This document shows, piece by piece, positions 48,224 to 56,919 of a stretch of DNA of 64,000 nucleotides (the stretch's first letter is position 1; each line of letters starts with the position of its first letter). The stretch is from positions 57,618 through 121,617 of the forward strand of contig CAZKVV010000004.1 in NCBI GenBank assembly GCA_964556485.1, written 5' to 3'. Made by a program: the position numbers and the translations under genes. The notes below the pieces were generated by a model. It saw only the letters and a list, made by a program, of their open reading frames with translations, searched no databases and was not told the origin of the DNA. The stretch comes from an uncultured Pseudomonadales bacterium. Its GTDB lineage: Bacteria; Patescibacteriota; Microgenomatia; UBA1400; PJMF01.

Positions 48224-48421
48224 AAATAACTATATGATTTTTTAGTGTAGTTGTCTACATTGTGACGGTAAGCAATTAGTGCTGTTCATTAATATATCTT
48301 AGCAGGCGCCTACTCTGATGAACAAAATTTTGAATTTTTGCAAAGCTTATCAGACTATTTAAATTAAGAATAATTAAGTGTATTATTTATACAGCCTGTA
48401 TAAAATATTGCGAGGAAAAAT

Positions 48422-48823
48422 ATGTTTAGTGATGAAAGAAGAATTGAATTTAGAGCTTTAGACCGAAAAGTTTCGAATGCAGCAGATGTAGATGTCATCC
48501 ACCCTAATGAACAAATGACTAAGCGAAAAGAAGGGATAGCAGCACTTTTTAAAAAAGTTGATGATTTTGAAGCCACAGGACATCATGATATTGCCGCGGA
48601 ATTGAGATCTCAGGTTGAGGTTATCAAAAGCATAATTCAAGATCCAAGTATTTCTATATCTGAAAAACCTGAAGCAAAACTTGCTCTTGCAACTGTTCAA
48701 ATTAATTTGCTAACTCAAACACTGTACGATATTTGTAAATCACTTACTGACGGTATAAATACCAAGCAAGAATTGCGTTATGCTCTGATGAGCTTTGGCA
48801 CCTTTGTCGCTTCGTTAATGTGA
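48422..48823 (+). CDS. Hypothetical protein (133 aa)
   Basis: ATG with an AGGAAAAA RBS. Preceded by the TATACAGcCTGTATA palindrome. Confidence 0.45.
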   Translation: MFSDERRIEFRALDRKVSNAADVDVIHPNEQMTKRKEGIAALFKKVDDFEATGHHDIAAELRSQVEVIKSIIQDPSISISEKPEAKLALATVQINLLTQTLYDICKSLTDGINTKQELRYALMSFGTFVASLM

Positions 48824-48840
48824 TGATGTTTGTTGTATCA

Positions 48841-49482
48841 TTACATTTCATGGTATGGATACGTTATTGGAGAAATCAAAAATGAGATATTGCTTGTGTG
48901 TTCAGAGACATTGTCAACAAAACTGGTAACACAACCAGTGGGTAAATGTAGTTGTCCGGCAGCTACCACTTTTTTACATTGTAATTGCTCTAATCTATTT
49001 GCAATATCTTCGTAAGTAAGACCAGCATCTGGATTTGGACTCGTTTGTGTTGTTGGATACCAAAGTATTGTTCCAGAAAAACCTAAAGCCCTAAGCAAGT
49101 CAAAGCTTTTCTTTTGATATCTTTTCTCTTCACCCACAAGCAATACAGGTACTGCTTTGAGCATATTTTTAAGACGTGAGAAATACCCCATTGAGTTAAT
49201 ACGACTTCTAGATTGTTCAGGTATAAGCAATCGCTGGTTACCTTTGGGCAACTCATAGCCAAATCCTGTTTCTTGTTGTTGAAATGTGTTGATAAGCTCA
49301 TCGATCCCTAATGTATTTAGGTTTTCATCCTTAATTTGCATGTAGAACGGGTGAATAAGTGCAAGCAGAATTCCTGATTTACTTGCAATTTCTGCTTGTA
49401 ATTGAGGTACTGCTGCTTCGAATGTCTGAATATCATTCAAAGAAATTTCAGTTTGAATATGTGGCCGTAACTTTTCGTTCAT
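48841..49482 (-). CDS. Hypothetical protein (213 aa), last gene of the large minus-strand operon
   Basis: ORF 17 nt downstream of the ABC exporter gene. No recognised motif. Confidence 0.45.
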   Translation of the reverse strand: MNEKLRPHIQTEISLNDIQTFEAAVPQLQAEIASKSGILLALIHPFYMQIKDENLNTLGIDELINTFQQQETGFGYELPKGNQRLLIPEQSRSRINSMGYFSRLKNMLKAVPVLLVGEEKRYQKKSFDLLRALGFSGTILWYPTTQTSPNPDAGLTYEDIANRLEQLQCKKVVAAGQLHLPTGCVTSFVDNVSEHTSNISFLISPITYPYHEM

Positions 49483-49499
49483 ACACTGCTAGTTTTGTT

Positions 49500-51389
49500 C
49501 TATGCTACTAGATCCCATTCTCTGAGTTTCTCAACATCTCCAGATTGAATTTTGAATAAACTAGCGTATAAATCGTCTCGCTTCATTAACTCTGCGTGAG
49601 TGCCTTGCTCAAGAATTTTTTGTTCTTTGAAAACAATAATATTATCAGCTCTTTGTATTGTTGAAAGCCTATGGGCAATAATAATTGCTGTCCGGTTGGA
49701 GAGCAATTTCTTTAATGCTTGCTGAATATACATTTCAGATTCTGAGTCTAAGGCGCTGGTAGCTTCATCTAAAATAATTATTTTAGGATCGCGAAGAACC
49801 GTGCGAGCTAGTGACAATCGCTGTCTTTGGCCGCCAGATAACTTTACACCGCGCTCACCAATAATGGTTTTCAATCCTTCGGGGAGTTGAGAAATAAACT
49901 CATCTGCATGTGCTACTTTGCAGGCATCCAACATTTCTGCTTCAGTAGCAGTAGGTTTTGCATATCGTAAATTTTCTTCAATTGTTTCGGCAAATAAATT
50001 TGAATCTTGGCTTACTAATCCTAAATGCAAACGCAAATCATGTTGCTTCATTTCTCTAATATCCACGCCATCAAGCATAATTGAACCTTCTGATACATCG
50101 AAAAATCTCATGATTAAACTGGCAATGGTAGATTTGCCAACTCCGGATGGACCAACTAAAGCAGTAGTTTTATTTGGTTCAATAGTAAATGAAATGTCAT
50201 CGAAAACTTTGAGATTTTCAATCCTAGATGGTTTAACTTCCCGTCCTTTATTAATTTCAGAGTCAAACTCAACAATTTGTTGTGGTTCATAAATAAAGGA
50301 AACATTTTTGAACTCAATTTTGCCTTCAACAGTTTTCAAAGTTACTGGCTTACTGGGGTCAGTAACACGAGGTTGGATGGAAATAATTTTCATGAAATCT
50401 TTAGCACCAATTTGTGCACGTTTAATTTCCCAAAAAATCCAGTTAATTTGCCAGAGTGGTCCACGAATGAGCTGAATTAGTCCGACAAGTAATATCAATG
50501 TTCCCACTGTAATATCTCCCAGCCATGTTAAATACACGATGTATGCGTACATGCTCCAACTGAAAGCTTCTAAAATTAGGTCAGCGCTCACAGCTTTAAA
50601 ACTGTTCCACTGCATTTGGGTACGTAGCGCTAAGTATTCTTTGAAAAAAGCAATGAATTTTTTACGTTCAAAATCTTCCGAACGAAAGGCTTTTATAAGC
50701 TGCATTGAACTAATGACTTCAAAGAAGTGACTATATTGTTCATCGTATAGTTTGTATTCTTGTCTTTCTAAGACCTCATCTTTCTTAAAACGCCAACGAC
50801 TAATGAGGGCGTAAGGAATAAAAGCTATAACAGTTAAAATGGCAACTCTCCATTCATGAAAAACCACAATGCTAAAAGCAACTACGGCAGTGGTAATACT
50901 TGGCAAAGAGTGAATTCCAAAATTACTGACTATTCCAGAGAGTCTGTTTACACCTCTGTCTAACTTGCTCATAACTTTGCCACTTGGCTGGTCATGAAAA
51001 AAATCGAGTGAGAGTCTCATTAAGTGATCAAAACCAATTTGTTTGAGATGCGATTCGAGTTTAACCGAAAATATGTTTGTTATAAAAAAGGAAGTCGCGT
51101 TGAGAATACTTTGAATGATTTTAACCGTAAGTAGGATAAGTAAGGTTGTAAAAATACTTGACCATGCAATACTCGCTTCTTTTTCCACTAAGATGTCGGT
51201 AATTTCTTTTGTAATAAATGGTTCGACCTGATTCAATCCTGCCATAACCACAATTAAAAGTGTTATTGTCAGTAACATTTTCCAATATGGTTTTGCAAAT
51301 GACATTGCACTAAGAAACATAGTTGTGATTTCCGCTATACAATTCCAAATAATGCTTGGAGTTATACCTACACTATACACTTGCTTCAC
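49500..51389 (-). CDS. ABC transporter, fused permease/ATPase (type I exporter, MsbA/bacteriocin-exporter-like, no C39 domain)
   Basis: Six TM helices plus NBD. Walker A GPSGVGKST, signature LSGGQRQRLSLAR, Walker B IIILDEATSALD. Confidence 0.85.
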   Translation of the reverse strand: MKQVYSVGITPSIIWNCIAEITTMFLSAMSFAKPYWKMLLTITLLIVVMAGLNQVEPFITKEITDILVEKEASIAWSSIFTTLLILLTVKIIQSILNATSFFITNIFSVKLESHLKQIGFDHLMRLSLDFFHDQPSGKVMSKLDRGVNRLSGIVSNFGIHSLPSITTAVVAFSIVVFHEWRVAILTVIAFIPYALISRWRFKKDEVLERQEYKLYDEQYSHFFEVISSMQLIKAFRSEDFERKKFIAFFKEYLALRTQMQWNSFKAVSADLILEAFSWSMYAYIVYLTWLGDITVGTLILLVGLIQLIRGPLWQINWIFWEIKRAQIGAKDFMKIISIQPRVTDPSKPVTLKTVEGKIEFKNVSFIYEPQQIVEFDSEINKGREVKPSRIENLKVFDDISFTIEPNKTTALVGPSGVGKSTIASLIMRFFDVSEGSIMLDGVDIREMKQHDLRLHLGLVSQDSNLFAETIEENLRYAKPTATEAEMLDACKVAHADEFISQLPEGLKTIIGERGVKLSGGQRQRLSLARTVLRDPKIIILDEATSALDSESEMYIQQALKKLLSNRTAIIIAHRLSTIQRADNIIVFKEQKILEQGTHAELMKRDDLYASLFKIQSGDVEKLREWDLVA

Positions 51390-53047
51390 CGCAAATCACA
51401 AAACATTTTATTTTTGAATGCTTCGTTTCTATCCCCCCAATATTTCTCGATAAAGTTGCGGAATTCTTTATCTTCTGAGTGTGAGAGACTATGCACTCTA
51501 AGGTTGCTTAATTCATTTAGTATAACAGGCAGCTGGGACGATAATCTCAGTCCAATATGTGATAAAACTATGCTCAATCGATATATTTCTTCTCTATTTC
51601 TAGATTCATAAGTATCAAGAACTAGATTTGTTTTGGCAGATAACAAGGTATGTAGTTGTTTTAAGTATTCAATCATATCTTTTTGCATTCTCGTTAGGGT
51701 TAATCTTTCAAGCCTTGCGAATTTTTCCTCAATTTCCAAGCATTTTTGTTGCAATTGTTCTTTAGCTAGGGCAACAAATTCGCCCAACTGATGGTTTGGA
51801 ATATCTAGGCTGCAAAAGTGAGCTAGGGTTTCTTCAAAATATTGAATTCCAAGCGCATCTCTAGAAATACCCACTAAAATTTCATCTAATCGATTCGTTC
51901 GTTCTTCATCATTCCATTCCGAGTCATCACCATAGATCTCACCAGAATTTGTCATAATAGGCTGCATAAAAATGATTTTATGATCAAGAAATCGTCGTAT
52001 TTCATTTCTACTTTCGTTTTTATCACTTTTAATTTTTAAGTACATCCATATTGAATCGAACATAAACAATCGACCATCTTGGATGGGCAATTCAAAATTT
52101 CCTGTTCGATTTATTGGTGTTGCTGCTACCATTGAAACTGAGCGAGAATTATCTGGTGAGAGAACAACCCCATCTAAACAAGCGGGTGAACCAATATCTT
52201 CCATTGCATCTTGTCGTTCTAAATTCTTTCCTACAAGCTGAAGACCTTTGCCACTTTTTGCATCTTTCGGTTTCACATCAATCATCTGTTTCATGAGAAA
52301 GTTAACATGATTTTTTGATAATCCACGTTCATATAATTTTTTTTCAATCAGCGCTAAACACACTTCTGCTCTTTGTGCATTGTGCCCACTAATGCTGAGG
52401 TTTATTTTGGTTGGACAAGAATAAGTTTCAATCGAAATGTCAACAATTCTTAGTGCCAAATCCACAAATACATCTTGAGAGCCAGTCGGTAAAGATGTAT
52501 TAATTGTTCTAGTCATCACGGGGCATTTGACTAATAGAAGTTGGTATACATCCAATGCAGTTTTCTCACCATCTCGATAATCTAAAAAATCGGTGTTGAA
52601 ATACGGATAGACTTTGTAAGGAGCATTGTCTTGAATTTGTTGTCCATATTTTGTAAAGAATGCTTGCATGGAATTAAAACTAAATGTATGAGTGATTCCC
52701 CTCGGTTTTTCGCCTAAGAAGCAATAACTACAACCGCCATTACATCCTCTGGTAAATTCAATTGCAACAATATTTTTTAAGATAAATTCTTTTGTTGAGT
52801 CGTCAAAATTTTCAAATGTTTTCAGTAGATCAATATGTTTTACGCGCTCTGCATTAGCACTGTGTTCTGGCTGTAAAAACCACATCTGTTCTAATGCAAC
52901 TCTAGCTTCATTTCGGACACCTTCGTCAAAACTTCCCGACATTGCCAGTAGATCTTGTTTACCAGCCTTTGGACTCACGCCCCACTCCATCATCATGAGG
53001 AATTCTGTTGCTAGTTGGGGGTTTACCTCACTGAGATCATTACACAT
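51386..53047 (-). CDS. Radical SAM enzyme (553 aa, non-SPASM), function unknown
   Basis: CxxxCxxC cluster motif in AIEFTRGCNGGCSYCFLG. 4-nt overlap with the ABC exporter gene. Confidence 0.7.
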   Translation of the reverse strand: MCNDLSEVNPQLATEFLMMMEWGVSPKAGKQDLLAMSGSFDEGVRNEARVALEQMWFLQPEHSANAERVKHIDLLKTFENFDDSTKEFILKNIVAIEFTRGCNGGCSYCFLGEKPRGITHTFSFNSMQAFFTKYGQQIQDNAPYKVYPYFNTDFLDYRDGEKTALDVYQLLLVKCPVMTRTINTSLPTGSQDVFVDLALRIVDISIETYSCPTKINLSISGHNAQRAEVCLALIEKKLYERGLSKNHVNFLMKQMIDVKPKDAKSGKGLQLVGKNLERQDAMEDIGSPACLDGVVLSPDNSRSVSMVAATPINRTGNFELPIQDGRLFMFDSIWMYLKIKSDKNESRNEIRRFLDHKIIFMQPIMTNSGEIYGDDSEWNDEERTNRLDEILVGISRDALGIQYFEETLAHFCSLDIPNHQLGEFVALAKEQLQQKCLEIEEKFARLERLTLTRMQKDMIEYLKQLHTLLSAKTNLVLDTYESRNREEIYRLSIVLSHIGLRLSSQLPVILNELSNLRVHSLSHSEDKEFRNFIEKYWGDRNEAFKNKMFCDLR

Positions 53048-53049
53048 TT

Positions 53050-53247
53050 TTATGCATCCCTCTTGATCATGCGCAGCTCAATCTCAGCCATTTTTTTTAT
53101 AGCATTCACCATTTGCCTAACGTATTCTTCTTGATTTGGGCAAAGCTTTTCTGTCTTCTGTTTAGGTTTGTAAGTTTGATTCATATAGTGTGATATCACA
53201 CTCTGATTTTTTTGAGAAAAATCGGAGTCATTTTTAGTTGTCCACAA
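53050..53247 (-). CDS. Small ORF (65 aa) translationally coupled to the radical SAM gene, possible precursor or accessory peptide
   Basis: TTG start 9 nt after a GAAGG. Its stop lies 2 nt before the rSAM ATG and the rSAM RBS AGAGGGA sits inside its 3' end. C-terminal amphipathic helix. Confidence 0.35.
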   Translation of the reverse strand: MWTTKNDSDFSQKNQSVISHYMNQTYKPKQKTEKLCPNQEEYVRQMVNAIKKMAEIELRMIKRDA

Positions 53248-53268
53248 CGTGTTGTTGCCTTCAGCTTA

Positions 53269-56200
53269 TTAAGCAGCATCAATCAATTGTTCAACCCTCT
53301 GTCGTTGTTCATATTCGCCGATTTTTGGCAAAACAACTAGCTTCACGGCATTTTTAACACTTTTTTGATCAAACTCCTCTAAGTCGAAGATGATTTCTTC
53401 GGTTTCACGCTGAGTGAATACAAACTCTACGATGTCGTTTGATTCATTTCGTTGATAAGCGCGGTAAGCTTGACGTACTTTGTTTGCAATTCTTACTAAG
53501 AGGTCTAAGGCACTAATGGCTTGTAACCGCTCTGGCGTAGCGAATATATCTCCGCCATTAACCGCATCACCATTAACCGCATGGTTCCACAACTTCGTAA
53601 ACTCCTCCTTATTGAGTGTTCTCAAATCCTCAGCTCGTTGAGCAAGAATGAAGGCTTCGTCAGGACGTTTTCTGACCTTTGTGAATCCTTCAGTTGATTT
53701 GCCACTTGGGACTGTTTGAGTTTCAACATTAACTCGCTCGTACTCTCCATTAACTTTTTCAATCACGTTGTAAGGTTGGTAATCTACTTCTATCACTCTG
53801 GCACGGCTCTTAAACTCTTGTGCCAATGGCTGAGTACCAATATAGTTTTCTGGATTCATGGTGCCAATGAGCAAATTATCTGGATGTACTTCAATCTTTT
53901 GTCCGATGCCATTGGTGTTAAGCTCAACATAATCAGGGTCTTCACCTTGAGTGAAGTACAACGTGCGGCGGTAGTCAAAAACCGAGTTTAACATTTTAGT
54001 TACTTCTGCAGGCATGGCGTTAATTTCAATCAAGTTGATAATTACACCAGGTTTAGAGAGAGCTTCAGCAAACTTAGCGGGTACGCGATAAGTGCCTTTC
54101 TTGGGATCGAATCTGAACTCTGAAGTAAGATCCTCGGGGTCCATTGTTTTGCGACAGGGAATATTAACTACTTCGTAATTTGTTAAGGCTCCAAATGCGT
54201 CAATATTAAAGTCTTTGCCCACACCAGCGTCACCTTGCATGATTAGCAATCCTCTTGGAGTTCTCACTCGGTTCAGTTGTTTATCCAAACCCAACTGTGC
54301 TCGCAAGTTACGCGCCATATTACCGAGTACTTCTAAAGTGTATTCGGTCATCCTAAGTTCGCGACTAAGTGGAGGAACTTCACGTTTGGGATTAAAGTGC
54401 GTTTCCGCACGAGCTTTAGCTTTTTGATAACGAGGATCACTGTCGTCGACCCTCATATTCATGTAGACACCACTGCGCCAAATCCCAGCATTCTGACTCT
54501 CGAAAGCTAGTTCACCTTTATACTCAGCTCTTTGGTCGGCAGTAAGTTTTGAGAAGTCAATTTTCTTACCATCTGTACCCCAAACGATGGGCGTTACCCA
54601 TCCTGGAGAGAAGAGTATCTGGCGATCCCTGAATGTTGGGAATGCTTCACCAGCTAGTACTCTAACTTTCTCGCGCTCTATTGTTTTAGTCGCTTCTTTT
54701 TCTTGTTCGAACCGCTGAACTCTTTCCCGAAGGAGAGAAAGATACTGTTGATCATAATCAGCACGGCGACTCTCAGGAAGATGATTGATCAACTGTCTAA
54801 CACGTTCAGAGCGTGGATGGTTAAATGCCCATGCTTCAAGATTAATTCTACCCTCAGTCTCACCCAAGACCGCATCAATATCTTCCTGAAGTTCGCGTAA
54901 AGCCTCGGCTATCTCTCGAACAACTTCCTCAACTCTTGCTTCTTGTTCTCTTTTTCTTTCATCTGTTTTTGTCTGAATCTCTGAGCGTTTCTTCTGGCGG
55001 ATCTCACCCCAAGCAACTCTCAAGCGTCGTCTTTCTTTAGCATCGGTAACGAGATTTAATCTAGAGTTAAACCGTTCGACGACAGGATCTTTCTCCAACT
55101 CACTTAATTCGTTGATGCTCAGCGCTGGTTGAATAGCGGCTTCCATTTCCGACAACATCCCTTCCAAAGAAGTGACGAGTTGGCCTTGGAACTCCTTCTG
55201 TAATTCAACAATTCTTTCGGAGGAATGCTCAAGGCTTGTTTGAACTTTATTTCTCAAATCACCTTCTAGCACCTGCAGGTTTGCTGACTGCCGCATTTGA
55301 CGAACTTCTTCAAGCCTTTGCGCTACAGCAATGCTTTGTTCTATGGTTGTTGCCAGGCGGACACGTTGTTCCAAATCCTCAACAGCTTCCACTAAGACCT
55401 TTGCCTTAAACTCGTTTCTTCTTCTTTCAAAAGCTTGTTGCACTGTGGCAAAAGCTTCTGGGTACTGCTGATAGGGGTCTTTTTTTCTTAAAACTGAGAG
55501 CTTTGCCTCTAGTTTAAGCAGAGCTTGTTCATCGGTTGCTGACTGAACTAATGGTAAAAATTCTCCCTCTAATTTAACCTTCAGAGCTTCCTTAATATCG
55601 TCATTACTGACTGTTTTTTCTTGTTTTCTCTGTAGTGCAGTTACCTTTTCTTCGAGATCATTCGCAACAATATTATCTATGTCTAATTGTTCGATCTCTG
55701 AAAGTAGTGCCTTCATCTTCTGTCGTTGCTCTTCTAACATTCGCGACATTTGCTCGGGATCAAACTGAGCAAAGTTGGTGGTAATAATTCTTAGTTGGTT
55801 GTTGTCGTCAACAAAGTAGAGATTGCCAGCCTTATCTGCGCCAACATTACTTTTAATTCCTGCAAATGCGTAGTGTTTAGTCCGAGATTTCTTATCGAAA
55901 ATAGTTAGCTGATTATCACCATGCTTAACAATAAGAAAATTGCCTCGAGGATCCATAATTACTTGTTGGATATTGTCTACATCGAGCAAATCAATTGTTT
56001 CCGAATTAAGAAAACCGCTTTCCATGCCAGTTAGTGAAAACTTATGAAGTTTTCCATTCTCCGTAAAATAAACAGTATCACCATCTGAAGGATCGAGCAC
56101 AGGGCGAGGATCAGACAATGCTCTAATTTGTCGCTCAAAGCCACTTTCATTTTTGTTATAGATTCGGGTTATTGTCTGACCATCAGACACTGCATAAATA

Positions 56201-56895
56201 CCTGTTTTATTCTTAAATAGTGGCAAAACTTCGCTTGGAGATTTTTTCCAGTTTTTTAGGTCAGGTCCATCGACAGCCAGTGCAACCGCCTCACCCATAA
56301 TTTCGAGTGTGACAATATTACCATCCACCGACATTACTGTTGTTGGTCTTTTAATTAACTGCTCGTCACTAACCATACCGATATGATGATCTTTTAAATC
56401 TGAGGGTGATAAAAACCACGAATCAACAGTTTTTTTTTGACTCAAACTAGTCTGTTGAAGTATCTTAACTGCAAGTTTCTGAATTTCTTCTCTATCCTTT
56501 GACGCATCTAGCCCGGGAACAAATTGGGCAATTATTTTATTAAGATTCACTCCGCCAAATTGTTTAACAAAAGCCTCTGTTCCGATAAAATTTCTGTCGC
56601 TTGTTTTTAATGCTACTAAAGCTAATTGAATAATTTTTCGGCATGTAAAGCTTGTCCTGATGTTTGGAAAAATTTCTTCCAAACTCTTCATCTGACCCTG
56701 TGGAGAAATAACGACTATGTGAGAGCTAGTACTTTTTGAAGCAAAAACCCATCCATTTTCAAGAACAGCCACCGATGATAAGTCTGTGTTTGTTTCTGAT
56801 GCTGATGTCTTGAAATAATCTGGAGAATGAAGGATGGTCTGTGGTGCAGGAACTTTTGTTTCATGCAAATTTTTGTTAAATTCTGTCATATTCAT
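53269..56895 (-). CDS. Giant protein: beta-propeller-like N-terminal region, ~500-aa coiled coil, C-terminal dynein-related AAA_5 (MoxR-like) ATPase domain with degenerate Walker motifs
   Basis: LLIMQGDAGVGKD (Walker A with Lys-Asp), VIINLIEINAMPAEVTKMLNSVFDYRRTLYF (AAA_5 llDEiNla...r region with IE for DE), LLIGTMNPENY...SRARVIEV (sensor1/Arg). Long heptad-like E/R/K/Q-rich stretch at aa ~370-800. Confidence 0.65.
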   Translation of the reverse strand: MNMTEFNKNLHETKVPAPQTILHSPDYFKTSASETNTDLSSVAVLENGWVFASKSTSSHIVVISPQGQMKSLEEIFPNIRTSFTCRKIIQLALVALKTSDRNFIGTEAFVKQFGGVNLNKIIAQFVPGLDASKDREEIQKLAVKILQQTSLSQKKTVDSWFLSPSDLKDHHIGMVSDEQLIKRPTTVMSVDGNIVTLEIMGEAVALAVDGPDLKNWKKSPSEVLPLFKNKTGIYAVSDGQTITRIYNKNESGFERQIRALSDPRPVLDPSDGDTVYFTENGKLHKFSLTGMESGFLNSETIDLLDVDNIQQVIMDPRGNFLIVKHGDNQLTIFDKKSRTKHYAFAGIKSNVGADKAGNLYFVDDNNQLRIITTNFAQFDPEQMSRMLEEQRQKMKALLSEIEQLDIDNIVANDLEEKVTALQRKQEKTVSNDDIKEALKVKLEGEFLPLVQSATDEQALLKLEAKLSVLRKKDPYQQYPEAFATVQQAFERRRNEFKAKVLVEAVEDLEQRVRLATTIEQSIAVAQRLEEVRQMRQSANLQVLEGDLRNKVQTSLEHSSERIVELQKEFQGQLVTSLEGMLSEMEAAIQPALSINELSELEKDPVVERFNSRLNLVTDAKERRRLRVAWGEIRQKKRSEIQTKTDERKREQEARVEEVVREIAEALRELQEDIDAVLGETEGRINLEAWAFNHPRSERVRQLINHLPESRRADYDQQYLSLLRERVQRFEQEKEATKTIEREKVRVLAGEAFPTFRDRQILFSPGWVTPIVWGTDGKKIDFSKLTADQRAEYKGELAFESQNAGIWRSGVYMNMRVDDSDPRYQKAKARAETHFNPKREVPPLSRELRMTEYTLEVLGNMARNLRAQLGLDKQLNRVRTPRGLLIMQGDAGVGKDFNIDAFGALTNYEVVNIPCRKTMDPEDLTSEFRFDPKKGTYRVPAKFAEALSKPGVIINLIEINAMPAEVTKMLNSVFDYRRTLYFTQGEDPDYVELNTNGIGQKIEVHPDNLLIGTMNPENYIGTQPLAQEFKSRARVIEVDYQPYNVIEKVNGEYERVNVETQTVPSGKSTEGFTKVRKRPDEAFILAQRAEDLRTLNKEEFTKLWNHAVNGDAVNGGDIFATPERLQAISALDLLVRIANKVRQAYRAYQRNESNDIVEFVFTQRETEEIIFDLEEFDQKSVKNAVKLVVLPKIGEYEQRQRVEQLIDAA

Positions 56896-56919
56896 TCACA
56901 TTATTAACTATTACTTTTT

